Assembly: GCF_030531065.1 (NCBI RefSeq)
Contig: NZ_JAUNOQ010000006.1
Span: forward strand, 89,045-153,044
Origin: Phascolarctobacterium sp.
GTDB lineage: Bacteria; Bacillota; Negativicutes; Acidaminococcales; Acidaminococcaceae
Length of the DNA: 64,000 nucleotides
Direction: 5' to 3'
Part shown: positions 40,217-49,783 of the stretch, in pieces
Layout: each line of letters starts with the position of its first letter
Position numbering within the stretch: the stretch's first letter is position 1
Translations under genes and position numbers: made by a program
The notes under the pieces: generated by a model
Databases searched by the model: none
Seen by the model: the letters and a program-made list of their open reading frames with translations, nothing else
What the model was told of the DNA's origin: nothing

Positions 40217-40804
40217 ATGAAATTACTGGAAGAAAAAATTTTAAAGGACGGCGTTATCAAAAGCGGTAACGTGCTTAAGGTGGACAGCTTTTTGAATCAT
40301 CAGATCGACGTGCCTTTTATCGCCGAGCTGGGCAAGGAATTTAAGCGCCAGTTTGCCGACTGCCCCATCAATAAGATTTTGACTATCGAGGCGTCCGGTA
40401 TCGGCATTGCCTGCGTAGCCGCTATGTCCTTCGGCGTGCCTGTGGTCTTCGCTAAAAAAACTACGGGCAGCAATATGGATAAGGACGTATATTTTACGCA
40501 GATTTATTCCTATACCCACAGCAAAACCAACGATGTGGTGGTTTCCAAAAGATTTTTGAATAAGAACGACCATGTGCTGATTATCGACGACTTTTTGGCC
40601 AACGGCTGCGCGCTGGAGGGCCTGATTGATATTGTGCGCCAGGCAGGCGGCACGGTGGAGGGCATCGGCGTGGCTATTGAAAAGGGCTTTCAGGGAGGCG
40701 GCGACAAGCTGCGCGCAATGGGCTTTAATCTGCATTCTCTGGCTATTATCGATAAGATGGACGCCGCCAGCGGCGTTATTCATTTCAGACAGGAGCAAGA
40801 ATAA
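40217..40804 (+). CDS. xpt: Xanthine phosphoribosyltransferase
   Basis: [37 protein letters not shown]. Confidence 0.93.
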   Translation: MKLLEEKILKDGVIKSGNVLKVDSFLNHQIDVPFIAELGKEFKRQFADCPINKILTIEASGIGIACVAAMSFGVPVVFAKKTTGSNMDKDVYFTQIYSYTHSKTNDVVVSKRFLNKNDHVLIIDDFLANGCALEGLIDIVRQAGGTVEGIGVAIEKGFQGGGDKLRAMGFNLHSLAIIDKMDAASGVIHFRQEQE

Positions 40805-42126
40805 TGGATAAAGAAAAGGATAAGGCGTTGGACCCGATTTATGAACTGGATGGCAAGGTGCCCGTAGGCAAGGCGATACCCTTTGGTTTGCAGCATATTT
40901 TGGCGATGTTCGTCGCTAATATCGCGCCCATTCTGATTGTTGCCGGCGTTATCAAAATGCCGGTGGAGCAAAGCGGCGCGCTGGTGCAGTCTGCCATGCT
41001 GATTGCCGGTATCGGTACGCTTATCCAGCTGTATCCCGTGTGGCGCGTGGGCAGCGGCCTGCCCATCGTTATGGGTATCAGCTTTACCTTCGTATCCATT
41101 GCCTGCGTTATCGGCAGCAAGTACGGCTATGGCGGCGTACTGGGCGCAGTGCTGGTCGGCGGCATTCTGGAAGGCTTTTTAGGACTGTTCGCCAAATACT
41201 GGCGGCGCTTCATTCCTCCTATTGTGGCGGCGACTGTCGTAACGTCCATTGGCTTCAGCCTGCTGGCCGTAGGCGCTAACTCCTTTGGCGGCGGCTTTGG
41301 CAACCCTGCTTTTGGCGACGCTAAGTATATTATCGTCGGTACGATTACGCTGTTCAGCTGTATCGGCTTTAATATTTTTGCCAAATCCTTTTACAAGCAG
41401 CTTTCCGTTCTGTTTGGCCTGATAGTGGGCTATGTGGTGGCTTTCTTCATGGGTATGGTGGACCTCAGCGGACTGGCTTCGGCCCAGCTGATTGCCGTGC
41501 CGCAGCTGCTGCCTTTTAGCTTGGAATTTCATCCTGACGCTATCTTTGCCTTCTTCCTGATTTTTTTGGTATCGGCTACGGAAACCATCGGCGACACTTC
41601 TGCCATGACGGCTATCGGCCTGCGCCGCAACGTAACGGAGCGCGAGGTGTCCGGCTCCATCACCTGCGACGGCTTCATCAGCAGCCTGTCGTCCGTCTTC
41701 GGCTGTATGCCGATTACTTCTTTCAGCCAGAATGTGGGTTTGATTGCCATGACTGGGGTAGTTAATCGCTTTGCTATTATGACGGGCGCGGTGATTATGA
41801 TTTTGGCCGGGTTGTTCCCGGCGCTGGGCGTGCTGCTGGCGTCGCTGCCGGAATCGGTTTTGGGCGGCTGTACCCTGATGATGTTCGGCTCCATTGTGGT
41901 CAGCGGCGTGCAGATGATAGCGGGCTGCGGCTATTCCAACCGCAATATTACTATCGCTTCCCTGGCTTTGAGCATAGGCATCGGCTTTACGCAGGCTCCG
42001 GCGATTTTTAAAATTGCGCCCGATCTGGTGAAGAATGTCTTTGCCGAAAACTGCGTGGCCGTGGTCTTTATCGTAGCTATGGCGCTGAATGTAATTCTGC
42101 CTACGGATATTAACGAGAAAAAATAA
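40804..42126 (+). CDS. Xanthine/uracil permease (NCS2 family)
   Basis: GLQHILAMF, ETIGD, TSFSQNVGLIAMTGV NCS2 signature. Confidence 0.9.
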   Translation: MDKEKDKALDPIYELDGKVPVGKAIPFGLQHILAMFVANIAPILIVAGVIKMPVEQSGALVQSAMLIAGIGTLIQLYPVWRVGSGLPIVMGISFTFVSIACVIGSKYGYGGVLGAVLVGGILEGFLGLFAKYWRRFIPPIVAATVVTSIGFSLLAVGANSFGGGFGNPAFGDAKYIIVGTITLFSCIGFNIFAKSFYKQLSVLFGLIVGYVVAFFMGMVDLSGLASAQLIAVPQLLPFSLEFHPDAIFAFFLIFLVSATETIGDTSAMTAIGLRRNVTEREVSGSITCDGFISSLSSVFGCMPITSFSQNVGLIAMTGVVNRFAIMTGAVIMILAGLFPALGVLLASLPESVLGGCTLMMFGSIVVSGVQMIAGCGYSNRNITIASLALSIGIGFTQAPAIFKIAPDLVKNVFAENCVAVVFIVAMALNVILPTDINEKK

Positions 42127-42153
42127 TTTGCAAGATAAAAGAGGCGCTGCAAA

Positions 42154-43029
42154 ATGAAAATTATCGATGCGCATATGCATTACTATAATAAGGAAGGCTT
42201 TGTGCAGGTAGCGGCTAACGCCGGTTATGAAAATACGGCGGCCTGCTGGCAGCGGATTTGCGAGGAAAATAATATTGCCTTTGCCGTGGCGATGGGTAAT
42301 ACTACGTATACCTCGTCGCGTTACGGCGGCATACCGCCGCGTCTGATAGATTTGGCCGCGCCTTTTGACGAAGAAAATTATAATCAGCCCGCTAATATGG
42401 GCTACTGCATGGGCGTGCAAAGCGAGCTGATTGACGCAGGCAACGCCGAAGCTACGGCAAGGGAATTTGAGCATTATATCGGGCAGCCTCATTGCCTGGG
42501 CATTAAGCTTTATCCCGGCTACGAATCGGTTTATGTCAACGATAAGCGTCATTGGCCTTTGTTCGAGCTGGCGCGGGCCTATCATGTGCCGGTGGTTATC
42601 CATACCGGCGATACGGCGCGGCCCGACGGCTTGCTGAAATATTCTCATCCGCTGACGGTGGATGAAGCGGCGGTAAATTTTCCCGATGTGACCTTTGTGA
42701 TTGCCCATTGCGGCTGCCCCTGGTTGGTGGACGCAGCGGAGGTGGCGGCGAAAAACGCCAATGTCTGCATCGATTTGTCCGGACTTTTGGAGGGCAAGCC
42801 CAAGCTGCTGCCGGTGCTGGAGCAGCAGGCGGGCTTTTGGCGGCAGCTGCATACCTGGCTGGCCTACATGGGCGATTACAGTAAGGTGATGTACGGCAGC
42901 GACTGGCCTTTGGTAAATATTCCGCTGTATCTGCGCATGATCAGCTATGTTATTCCCGATAAGCAGTGCGAGGCTGTATTTTACGGTAACGCGCTGCGCA
43001 TATTTAATAAGATTGGCGCTTTATTGTAG
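42154..43029 (+). CDS. Amidohydrolase_2 family metal-dependent hydrolase
   Basis: IDAHMH, GIKLYPG, VVIHTG, VIAHCG, MYGSDWP. Confidence 0.85.
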   Translation: MKIIDAHMHYYNKEGFVQVAANAGYENTAACWQRICEENNIAFAVAMGNTTYTSSRYGGIPPRLIDLAAPFDEENYNQPANMGYCMGVQSELIDAGNAEATAREFEHYIGQPHCLGIKLYPGYESVYVNDKRHWPLFELARAYHVPVVIHTGDTARPDGLLKYSHPLTVDEAAVNFPDVTFVIAHCGCPWLVDAAEVAAKNANVCIDLSGLLEGKPKLLPVLEQQAGFWRQLHTWLAYMGDYSKVMYGSDWPLVNIPLYLRMISYVIPDKQCEAVFYGNALRIFNKIGALL

Positions 43030-43043
43030 TGTGAGGTGCAAAA

Positions 43044-43736
43044 ATGGCTCAACCAAGCATTAAAGAAATTGAAGCAGGCTTGCAGGATTGGGATTTGCTG
43101 CAGCGGCTGCCTGCGGCTATAGGCAACTATAAGCTGACGCCGGGAACCGGCATTGCGGGTCAGATCCTGAATATCGCCGCTTATGTCAACGAAGCGGCTC
43201 ATTGCCGTTTGGATATAACCTACACTTCGGAAACCTTCGACTATGTTCCGGTAAAAACCGTTGGACTGCACAGCTTTCGCGACGAAAGATATTTCTGCCG
43301 CGAGCGGGACAGGTTCGCCAGGATGCTGCTGGAGCATTTGCCCATGCTGATCAGCAGCATTGACCGGCAGGAGACCCATGGCATGGGATATGAAGCGGAG
43401 GGGCTGCGCTTCGAGCAGTGGGATTATTGGCGTGGACTGCCGCAAAAAATAGGCAATTACGAAATGTTTATCAGGCCCGATAATCCGCTGTATTATATTA
43501 ACGGCTCTTTCATTTTTCTGGACTATACCGATTTTACGCGGGGCAATCAGGTTTATTTTTCCTATAATGTTTTCCGTAACGAATTGTTTGCCGAAATGAA
43601 GCGGAATAATCTGCCGCTGACGACGGAGCTTTTCGACGTGCCGGCTTCCGTGCCGGATGAACGCAAGCTGAGCGTACTCAGCGAGTTAATGGAAGCTCAT
43701 TTGCGTGACGTGATGCAGAGCTTGGAAAAAGCTTAA
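43044..43736 (+). CDS. Hypothetical protein with internal duplication
   Basis: Two similar segments WDLLQRLPAAIGNY and WDYWRGLPQKIGNY. Confidence 0.7.
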   Translation: MAQPSIKEIEAGLQDWDLLQRLPAAIGNYKLTPGTGIAGQILNIAAYVNEAAHCRLDITYTSETFDYVPVKTVGLHSFRDERYFCRERDRFARMLLEHLPMLISSIDRQETHGMGYEAEGLRFEQWDYWRGLPQKIGNYEMFIRPDNPLYYINGSFIFLDYTDFTRGNQVYFSYNVFRNELFAEMKRNNLPLTTELFDVPASVPDERKLSVLSELMEAHLRDVMQSLEKA

Positions 43737-43743
43737 AAAAAGA

Positions 43744-43772
43744 TTGACACGCAGGTTATTTTGCGTTATAAT
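43744..43772 (+). promoter_or_regulatory. Consensus sigma70/SigA promoter of the tRNA operon
   Basis: TTGACA-17 bp-TATAAT. Confidence 0.85.
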
Positions 43773-43785
43773 ATCACTGTTGATT

Positions 43786-43862
43786 GGCCCGGTGGTTCAG
43801 TTGGTTAGAATGCCGCCCTGTCACGGCGGAGGTCGTGGGTTCGAGTCCCATCCGGGTCGCCA
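43786..43862 (+). tRNA. tRNA-Asp(GTC)
   Basis: Cloverleaf, anticodon loop CT-GTC-AC, TTCGAGTCC, CCA end. Confidence 0.95.
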
Positions 43863-43866
43863 TTCT

Positions 43867-43942
43867 GCCTCGGTAGCTCAGTTGGTAGAGCAAAGGACTG
43901 AAAATCCTTGTGTCCACAGTTCGATTCTGTGCTGAGGCACCA
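43867..43942 (+). tRNA. tRNA-Phe(GAA)
   Basis: Anticodon CT-GAA-AA, TTCGATTC, CCA end. Confidence 0.95.
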
Positions 43943-43946
43943 TCTT

Positions 43947-44021
<75 letters not shown>

Positions 44022-44027
44022 TTTTAA

Positions 44028-44101
44028 GGCGACATAGCCAAGCGGTAAGGCAGAGGTCTGCAAAACCTTTATCCCCAGTTCGATTCTGGGTGTCGCCTCC
44101 A
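44028..44101 (+). tRNA. tRNA-Cys(GCA)
   Basis: Anticodon CT-GCA-AA, TTCGATTC, CCA end. Confidence 0.95.
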
Positions 44102-44122
44102 TTTTTATTTCTTTTTTAGTCT

Positions 44123-44211
44123 GCCGCGGTGGCGGAACTGGCAGACGCAAGGGACTTAAAATCCCTCGGGTAGTGATACCCGTACCGGTTCGATTCCGGT
44201 CCGCGGCACCA
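44123..44211 (+). tRNA. tRNA-Leu(TAA)
   Basis: Anticodon CT-TAA-AA, long variable arm, CCA end. Confidence 0.95.
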
Positions 44212-44466
44212 ATTAAGAATACATAAAGCTCAGCAGAAATTCAACCGTTACGTGTTTTCACGGACGGTTATTTTATTATTTGGCGTTCTGCAATAAATTA
44301 GTGTATAATAGTTGTACGCAGTGGTCTGCAAGACAATGGCTGATATTATTATTTGTAATTTCAGAAATGGTTTTCAGGCGCAGCGGTAAAGTATAGAAAA
44401 ATATCTGCCGCTGAATCAGCGCTTTTCATAAAATTTATATATTGTTATTGACGGAGGTTGACGTTT

Positions 44467-44673
44467 ATGCAAGCATTTGTAGCTTACGAAAAGCTGTCCA
44501 AAAAGAAGCAGAAGCAGCTGAACGCTGCTAAACGCCGCACCTGGGGCGACGTTAAGCCGGTGACGAAAGTTAAGGCGTCGGCAAAAATTTATAACCGTAA
44601 GAAAAAGAACCTGATGAGCTATCGCGATGATTACTCGTCAGGTTCTTTTTGCTGCATAATCAATATAAATTAG
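44467..44673 (+). CDS. 68-aa basic protein, candidate ArfA/BrfA-like ribosome rescue factor
   Basis: RBS GGAGG at 44453-44457; Lys/Arg-rich; terminator inside the CDS. ORF well supported, function inferred. Confidence 0.65.
   Translation: MQAFVAYEKLSKKKQKQLNAAKRRTWGDVKPVTKVKASAKIYNRKKKNLMSYRDDYSSGSFCCIININ
44602..44650. terminator. 17-bp-stem terminator inside the small ORF (bidirectional)
   Basis: AAAAAGAACCTGATGAG...CTCGTCAGGTTCTTTTT. Confidence 0.8.
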
Positions 44674-45517
44674 CTTTATAAATGTATTCTTCCAGCAGGT
44701 CCAGCCTTTCCTCCGTGCAGTTTTCCAGCTTTTTACTGATTATAACGGCCAAAGCTTCGGCATAGCAAAGAGGAACGACGTAGGAGTTAGTGAAGCTGAA
44801 TCCAGTTACATTAACTGGTACTAAATAATCCGCAAAGGGAGCCAGGGGGGAAGTAATTCTGTCGGTGAAAAGAATGATTTTGGCTCCGCGCTTTTGCGCC
44901 AGCTCTAAAATGATTTTGCAAATTTCAGAGTAGCGGGGAAAGGAAAAAAGCATCAGGCAGTCGTCTTTATCTATTTCTACAAGCTTTTCCAGAGTTTCAC
45001 TTTCTGCCTTGTCGCATAAAATCAGCCCGGGAAGAAAATAAATAGCTTTTCGCCAAAAATAATCGGCGCAGCAGGAGGTGCCGCGAAAGGCGGCGATATA
45101 TTTTTTGCGTGATTTAATCAGACAGTCGGCGATTTCCTGCAATAGTTTTTCATCAAGATTAGTGAGCGCCGTGCTTAGATTTGTTATGGAATTATAAAAA
45201 ACTTCATTGGCAATGCTTCCCGTATCAATGCGCGCTTTACTTTGGTTAAATTTTTGCATGGGCGAAAGATTGGCGTTGTAATGCTCCAAAAGCTTTTCAT
45301 TGAGAGATTTTTTGAAATCGGTGTAGCCTTCGTAGCCAAGCTCGCGCAGAAATCTTATTACTGATGTATCGCTGACGCCGCAGGCCATGGCGACGTCCTT
45401 GATAGGGCTGAAGCATATGGTATTAATATTGTCCAGTATGTAATCGGCAATAATTTTTTCTGTTTTCGTTAGTACTTTATCTTTAATTCGTTCTGCAAAG
45501 TCCATATTATCAAACAT
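44660..45517 (-). CDS. RpiR/MurR-family transcriptional regulator (HTH plus SIS)
   Basis: LTKTEKIIADYIL, VSDTSVIRF.R.LGY.GY..FK, FSFPRYS, TDRITSPLA. Confidence 0.9.
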   Translation of the reverse strand: MFDNMDFAERIKDKVLTKTEKIIADYILDNINTICFSPIKDVAMACGVSDTSVIRFLRELGYEGYTDFKKSLNEKLLEHYNANLSPMQKFNQSKARIDTGSIANEVFYNSITNLSTALTNLDEKLLQEIADCLIKSRKKYIAAFRGTSCCADYFWRKAIYFLPGLILCDKAESETLEKLVEIDKDDCLMLFSFPRYSEICKIILELAQKRGAKIILFTDRITSPLAPFADYLVPVNVTGFSFTNSYVVPLCYAEALAVIISKKLENCTEERLDLLEEYIYKANLY

Positions 45518-45561
45518 CCTCTCATGGATAACTAACTATATTATACCGTGAATCGTAACGA

Positions 45562-45664
45562 TTGCAACAGTATGTTGTAAATACAACTATACGAATACAG
45601 CATGTTGCAAATACTTATTGACAGTCCTGGCATTAGAAACGTATAATGTTGTTAGTACAACAAT
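45562..45664 (+). promoter_or_regulatory. Divergent promoter region with repeated TGTTG/CAACA operator half-sites
   Basis: TTGCAACA-GTA-TGTTGTAA (45562-45580); ATGTTG(T/C)AAATAC direct repeat 30 bp apart; TTGACA (45618)-18-TATAAT (45642). Confidence 0.6.
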
Positions 45665-45729
45665 TCATAAGCAGTTATGTTGTAAAAATTGCAGAAATTT
45701 TTGCGTCTGCGGAAACGGGAGGGACTGTT

Positions 45730-46971
45730 ATGACCAATTTATTATTTTCCAAAAAGTATTTGCCTTATCGTGTGGCTATTGGCTTCATTTTGGGTATTAT
45801 GGCCGGGTTGATGTTCAAGGAATTCTCAATTTGGGTTAAGCCTGCGGGAACGCTGTTCATGAACCTGATCAAGATGCTGATTGTGCCGGTTATCTTTTTT
45901 AGTCTGACCAGCGGCATAGCTGCCATCGGCGATGTGCAGAAGCTGAAAAGAATTGGCGGCAAGGTAGTAGCTGTTTATGTTATTATGACTATTGTGGCAT
46001 GCGTAATTGGTATTGGCGTAGTAAGTATTTTCCATCCTGGCGCGAATTTTGATACCAGCGGCATGAAGGCCTATGATCCTAAAAATTTAAACGCGATTTC
46101 CTTTTCTGCTTTTTTATTTAACATGGTGCCTACCAATATTATCAATGCCATGGCTAAGCAGGATATTTTGCAGATGATTTTCTTTACGGTGCTTTTTGCC
46201 GTTTCCATAGTTTATATTGGAGAAAAAGGTAAAAAGGTTATAGAAATTTGCGAAAGCTGCGCTCAGATTATTTACAAAATGCTGGATATCGTTATGCTGT
46301 ATTCTCCTATCGGCGTTTTTGCGCTGATGGCTAACACAACCGCTGTTTACGGCCCGCAATTATTTGGCGCTTTGGCAAAATTTGTAGTTACCGACTATGT
46401 AGGCTGCTTGCTGATTTGGGGCCTTTTAAGCGGCATTACCTGGCTTTATACTAAAGTTGATTATATTAAAATGTGCAAATCCATGGTTCCTATTTGGATC
46501 AATACCATCGCTACCAATTCCAGCGCCGGCACTATTCCCATTACTCTGGACTGCGTAACTAATAAGCTGAATGTTCCCATGTCCATCGCCTCCTTCTCGG
46601 TGCCGCTGGGCGCTACGATTAATCTTACTGGCGCAGCGCTTTATAAAACTATACTGGCGTTTTTTGTAGCTGAAATTTATGGCCTGGACATGACCTGGTC
46701 GCAAACGGTTATGATTATTACTATTTCCACGATTATGTCCATTGCCGCGCCCGGTATTCCCGGCGGCGGTATCGTTACCGGCGCTATTTTCCTGAACCTG
46801 ATGGGTTTGCCCATGGATATGATGGGACCTATTGCCGGTATGTACAGACTTATCGATATGAGCCATACTACCGTAAATGTGTCCGGCGACGTTTTAGGTA
46901 CTTTGCTGGTTGCGAAAAACGAAAAAATTTGGGATGCGTCCATGGTTGACCAGGAGTTAGCTGAGCAATAA
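45730..46971 (+). CDS. Dicarboxylate/amino acid:cation symporter (DAACS)
   Basis: LFMNLIKMLIVP, TNSSAGTIP, PLGATINLTG, APGIPGGG, TTVNVSGD. Confidence 0.9.
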   Translation: MTNLLFSKKYLPYRVAIGFILGIMAGLMFKEFSIWVKPAGTLFMNLIKMLIVPVIFFSLTSGIAAIGDVQKLKRIGGKVVAVYVIMTIVACVIGIGVVSIFHPGANFDTSGMKAYDPKNLNAISFSAFLFNMVPTNIINAMAKQDILQMIFFTVLFAVSIVYIGEKGKKVIEICESCAQIIYKMLDIVMLYSPIGVFALMANTTAVYGPQLFGALAKFVVTDYVGCLLIWGLLSGITWLYTKVDYIKMCKSMVPIWINTIATNSSAGTIPITLDCVTNKLNVPMSIASFSVPLGATINLTGAALYKTILAFFVAEIYGLDMTWSQTVMIITISTIMSIAAPGIPGGGIVTGAIFLNLMGLPMDMMGPIAGMYRLIDMSHTTVNVSGDVLGTLLVAKNEKIWDASMVDQELAEQ

Positions 46972-47006
46972 AATAGTTATGTATTTGTTGAAACGGAGGT
47001 TTTACA

Positions 47007-48269
47007 ATGAAATTTGGTAAATTATTAAGTGCAGAAGATTTGGCGAAAGCAAGAAGCTCCTTCTATCTTTTGGATAAAAATCCTGATGGGACTCCCAGAA
47101 TTTTCTTTGAGAATGCCGGCGGCTCTCTGCGCTTGAAGGCTGCTGCGGATTGCTTCCACCAGCTGGATATGATTCCGGATTGCGACGGTAGAAAGCATGA
47201 GCTGGCAGTGCAGCTGAAAAATCTTGTGCATAAGGCTGAAGACGATATTCGCGTGATTTTTAACGTAAAGGGCGGCAGCATTGCTACCGGACTGACTGCT
47301 TCCCAGCTGATGTTTGCTATGGTAGAAGCTGTAGTAGAAAATATTCCCGGCACTAATGTCGTTACCACTGTACTGGAGCATCCTTCTTCCTACGATTCTT
47401 CGGAAAGCTTTGCGGCAAAAACCGGCAAGGAGCTGCGTGTCGCTCCTTCGGATATGCTGACAGGCGGCTGTGAGGTGGACGCCATCTGTGATTTGATTGA
47501 TGAAAATACCTGCCTGTTGAACGTTATGTATGCGTCTAATATTTCCGGCGCGATTATGGATATTCCGGCTATCGTCAAAAAAGCCAGAAGCATTAAGCCT
47601 GATATTTATATCACCGTCGATGCCGTGCAGCATGCGCCTCATGCAGTAATGGATTTATCCGAGCTGGATATTGACGGCATTAACTTCGCTCCTTATAAAT
47701 TCTTCGGTGTTCGCGGCTTTGGCGCCGCCTGGCTGTCCGATCGTCTTGCGGTGCTGCCCCATGCCCGCCTGACTCAAAAGCCGGAAAATTATTGGGGCCT
47801 TGGCTCGGATGCGCCTGCCCAGTACGCTATGGTTTCGGCTATTCTTGATTATGTATGCAGCTTTGCTGATAATAAGGAAGGAACCCGCAGAGAACAATTT
47901 GTGGAAGGCATGACTAAATTGGAGCTGCATGAGAGAGCGCTGCTTCATTATATGCTGGAAGGAACGGATAAGGTTCCCGGACTGCGTCATATTAAAGGCG
48001 TTACCGTTTATAATGATAATCCTGATTTGAGCAGACGCGATTTGATTCTGGCTATTGGCTTTGACAACATGACGCCGACGCAGGCAACGGCAGAATATGT
48101 AAAACGCGGCATTGTAGTATTCGATCGCGTGGATACCAGCCTGTATTCTGTAAGAATGCTGCATTCCTTCGGCTTAAAAGGCATCGTGCGCGTATCGCCG
48201 CTGCACTGCCATAATTTGGATGAGGTAGAAGCCTACCTGAGGGTTACGCAGGAAATCGCTGCGCTCTGA
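47007..48269 (+). CDS. Class V PLP-dependent aminotransferase / cysteine desulfurase-like protein
   Basis: FFENAGGS, LEHPSS, VDAVQHAPH, FAPYKFFG (PLP Lys), VRVSP. Confidence 0.82.
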   Translation: MKFGKLLSAEDLAKARSSFYLLDKNPDGTPRIFFENAGGSLRLKAAADCFHQLDMIPDCDGRKHELAVQLKNLVHKAEDDIRVIFNVKGGSIATGLTASQLMFAMVEAVVENIPGTNVVTTVLEHPSSYDSSESFAAKTGKELRVAPSDMLTGGCEVDAICDLIDENTCLLNVMYASNISGAIMDIPAIVKKARSIKPDIYITVDAVQHAPHAVMDLSELDIDGINFAPYKFFGVRGFGAAWLSDRLAVLPHARLTQKPENYWGLGSDAPAQYAMVSAILDYVCSFADNKEGTRREQFVEGMTKLELHERALLHYMLEGTDKVPGLRHIKGVTVYNDNPDLSRRDLILAIGFDNMTPTQATAEYVKRGIVVFDRVDTSLYSVRMLHSFGLKGIVRVSPLHCHNLDEVEAYLRVTQEIAAL

Positions 48270-48581
48270 TAGCGCGGCGGTGATGCTGGCGTAATTTAAT
48301 AGAGATAAGGACGCTTATAATTTACCTTAGCGGGTGAAGCTGATAAGCGCCTTTTCTTTTTATACATAATGCGCCGAGTGCTGGCGCAATAATAGCGAAC
48401 TTTATTTCCGGTAACGTTTCGTTACGGGAAGAAAAATATAAAATTGCTGACCGCTGTCTGCTTGCACTCTTTCGGTTGACAATCAGGAAGATGTCTTATA
48501 CAATAAAAGACGCATTGTTGTCACATATTACCCTGGTAAGGTGTTTTTAACGATTATTATTTAGATTGGACTGAGGCTGTT

Positions 48582-49766
48582 ATGAAAGCAGATATTGACG
48601 AACTGCGCGCTTTTGTGGAGCAAAACAGATATGAAATGCTGCTGTTTTGGGAAAATTTGGTTAATATGCAGGCTGGCTCGAAGGAAATAGATCGAGTAAA
48701 CCGCGTAATGGAATTTTTGAAAAAGCATTTTGAAGCGGAAGGCATCAATTGTCATTTTGTCGATACTAAGGGCGCTCCTTATGCGTTGGTGGCGGAGCTC
48801 AACAGCGACGTTCCTGAAAAGCCGCTGCTGCTGGCCGGGCACTGCGATACGGTTTTCCATTCAGGCAGCTATCCCGAAGACCCCTTCTATATTAAGGATG
48901 GTTTTGCTTACGGCCCCGGCGTTGTGGATATGAAAAACGGCGTGGCGCAGATTTTTTATTTGTTGGTGGCTTTAAAGCATTTCGGCTTCCGCGACCGTCC
49001 CGTGAAAGCGATTTTGGTAGGCGATGAGGAAATCAGCCATGGGATGGGGATTACCGATGAAATTCTTATGCAGGAGGCCAAGGGCTGCTTGTGTTGCTTT
49101 AATATGGAAAGCGGGCGCATGGACAACTGCCTGACCGTTGGCCGGAAGGGCGGCATGGACTGCCACATTACGGTGCGCGGCGTGGCCGCTCATGCCGGCA
49201 ACGATTATTTAAAGGGCCGCAACGCTATTGTGGAAATGTCCCATAAGCTACCGCTGCTGCAGAATTTAACTATTTATGACGAGGGCCTGACGGTCAGCGT
49301 CGGCGTGATTAAGGGCGGCATGGTTTCCAACGCCGTTCCCGATTACTGCTACGCCGAGCTGGACGTGCGCTATAAAAAGCCGGAGCACATGGAATATATT
49401 CAGCAAAAAATCCGCGAGGTGTGCGCCGAAACTTATATCGAGGGCACGTCGACCGAGGTGGAATTTGTCGCTCCCATGCCGGCCTTTGAGGAAACGGCGG
49501 CTAATCACCGGCTGCTGGATTATATTAACAGCGTGGCTGTGAAGTACGGCTATCCGGCCTCGGAGCCTGTTTATGTCGGCGGCATGTCAGACGCGGCTTA
49601 TTTTAGCGGCGTGGGCGTGCCTACGGTTTGCTCCATGGGCGGGCAGGGCAGCGGCGCTCATACCAAGGAGGAATGCGCTTCGGTGGAAAGCTTCTTCCGG
49701 CGTTGGATAATTGCGGCGGCTTGCATTATGGAGATACAGACCTACGCAGAAAAATATGCAGAATGA
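48582..49766 (+). CDS. M20 family metallopeptidase (glutamate carboxypeptidase-like)
   Basis: GHCDTVF, GPGVVDMKNG, GDEEI, GVAAHAG, GGMSDA, GAHT..E. Confidence 0.88.
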   Translation: MKADIDELRAFVEQNRYEMLLFWENLVNMQAGSKEIDRVNRVMEFLKKHFEAEGINCHFVDTKGAPYALVAELNSDVPEKPLLLAGHCDTVFHSGSYPEDPFYIKDGFAYGPGVVDMKNGVAQIFYLLVALKHFGFRDRPVKAILVGDEEISHGMGITDEILMQEAKGCLCCFNMESGRMDNCLTVGRKGGMDCHITVRGVAAHAGNDYLKGRNAIVEMSHKLPLLQNLTIYDEGLTVSVGVIKGGMVSNAVPDYCYAELDVRYKKPEHMEYIQQKIREVCAETYIEGTSTEVEFVAPMPAFEETAANHRLLDYINSVAVKYGYPASEPVYVGGMSDAAYFSGVGVPTVCSMGGQGSGAHTKEECASVESFFRRWIIAAACIMEIQTYAEKYAE

Positions 49767-49783
49767 TTTAGGAGAGATGATAG

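Noticed and set aside
44123-48300. Possible integrative element at tRNA-Leu
   Set aside because: No integrase and no duplicate of the tRNA 3' end (attR) were seen in the window; composition shift alone is not enough.
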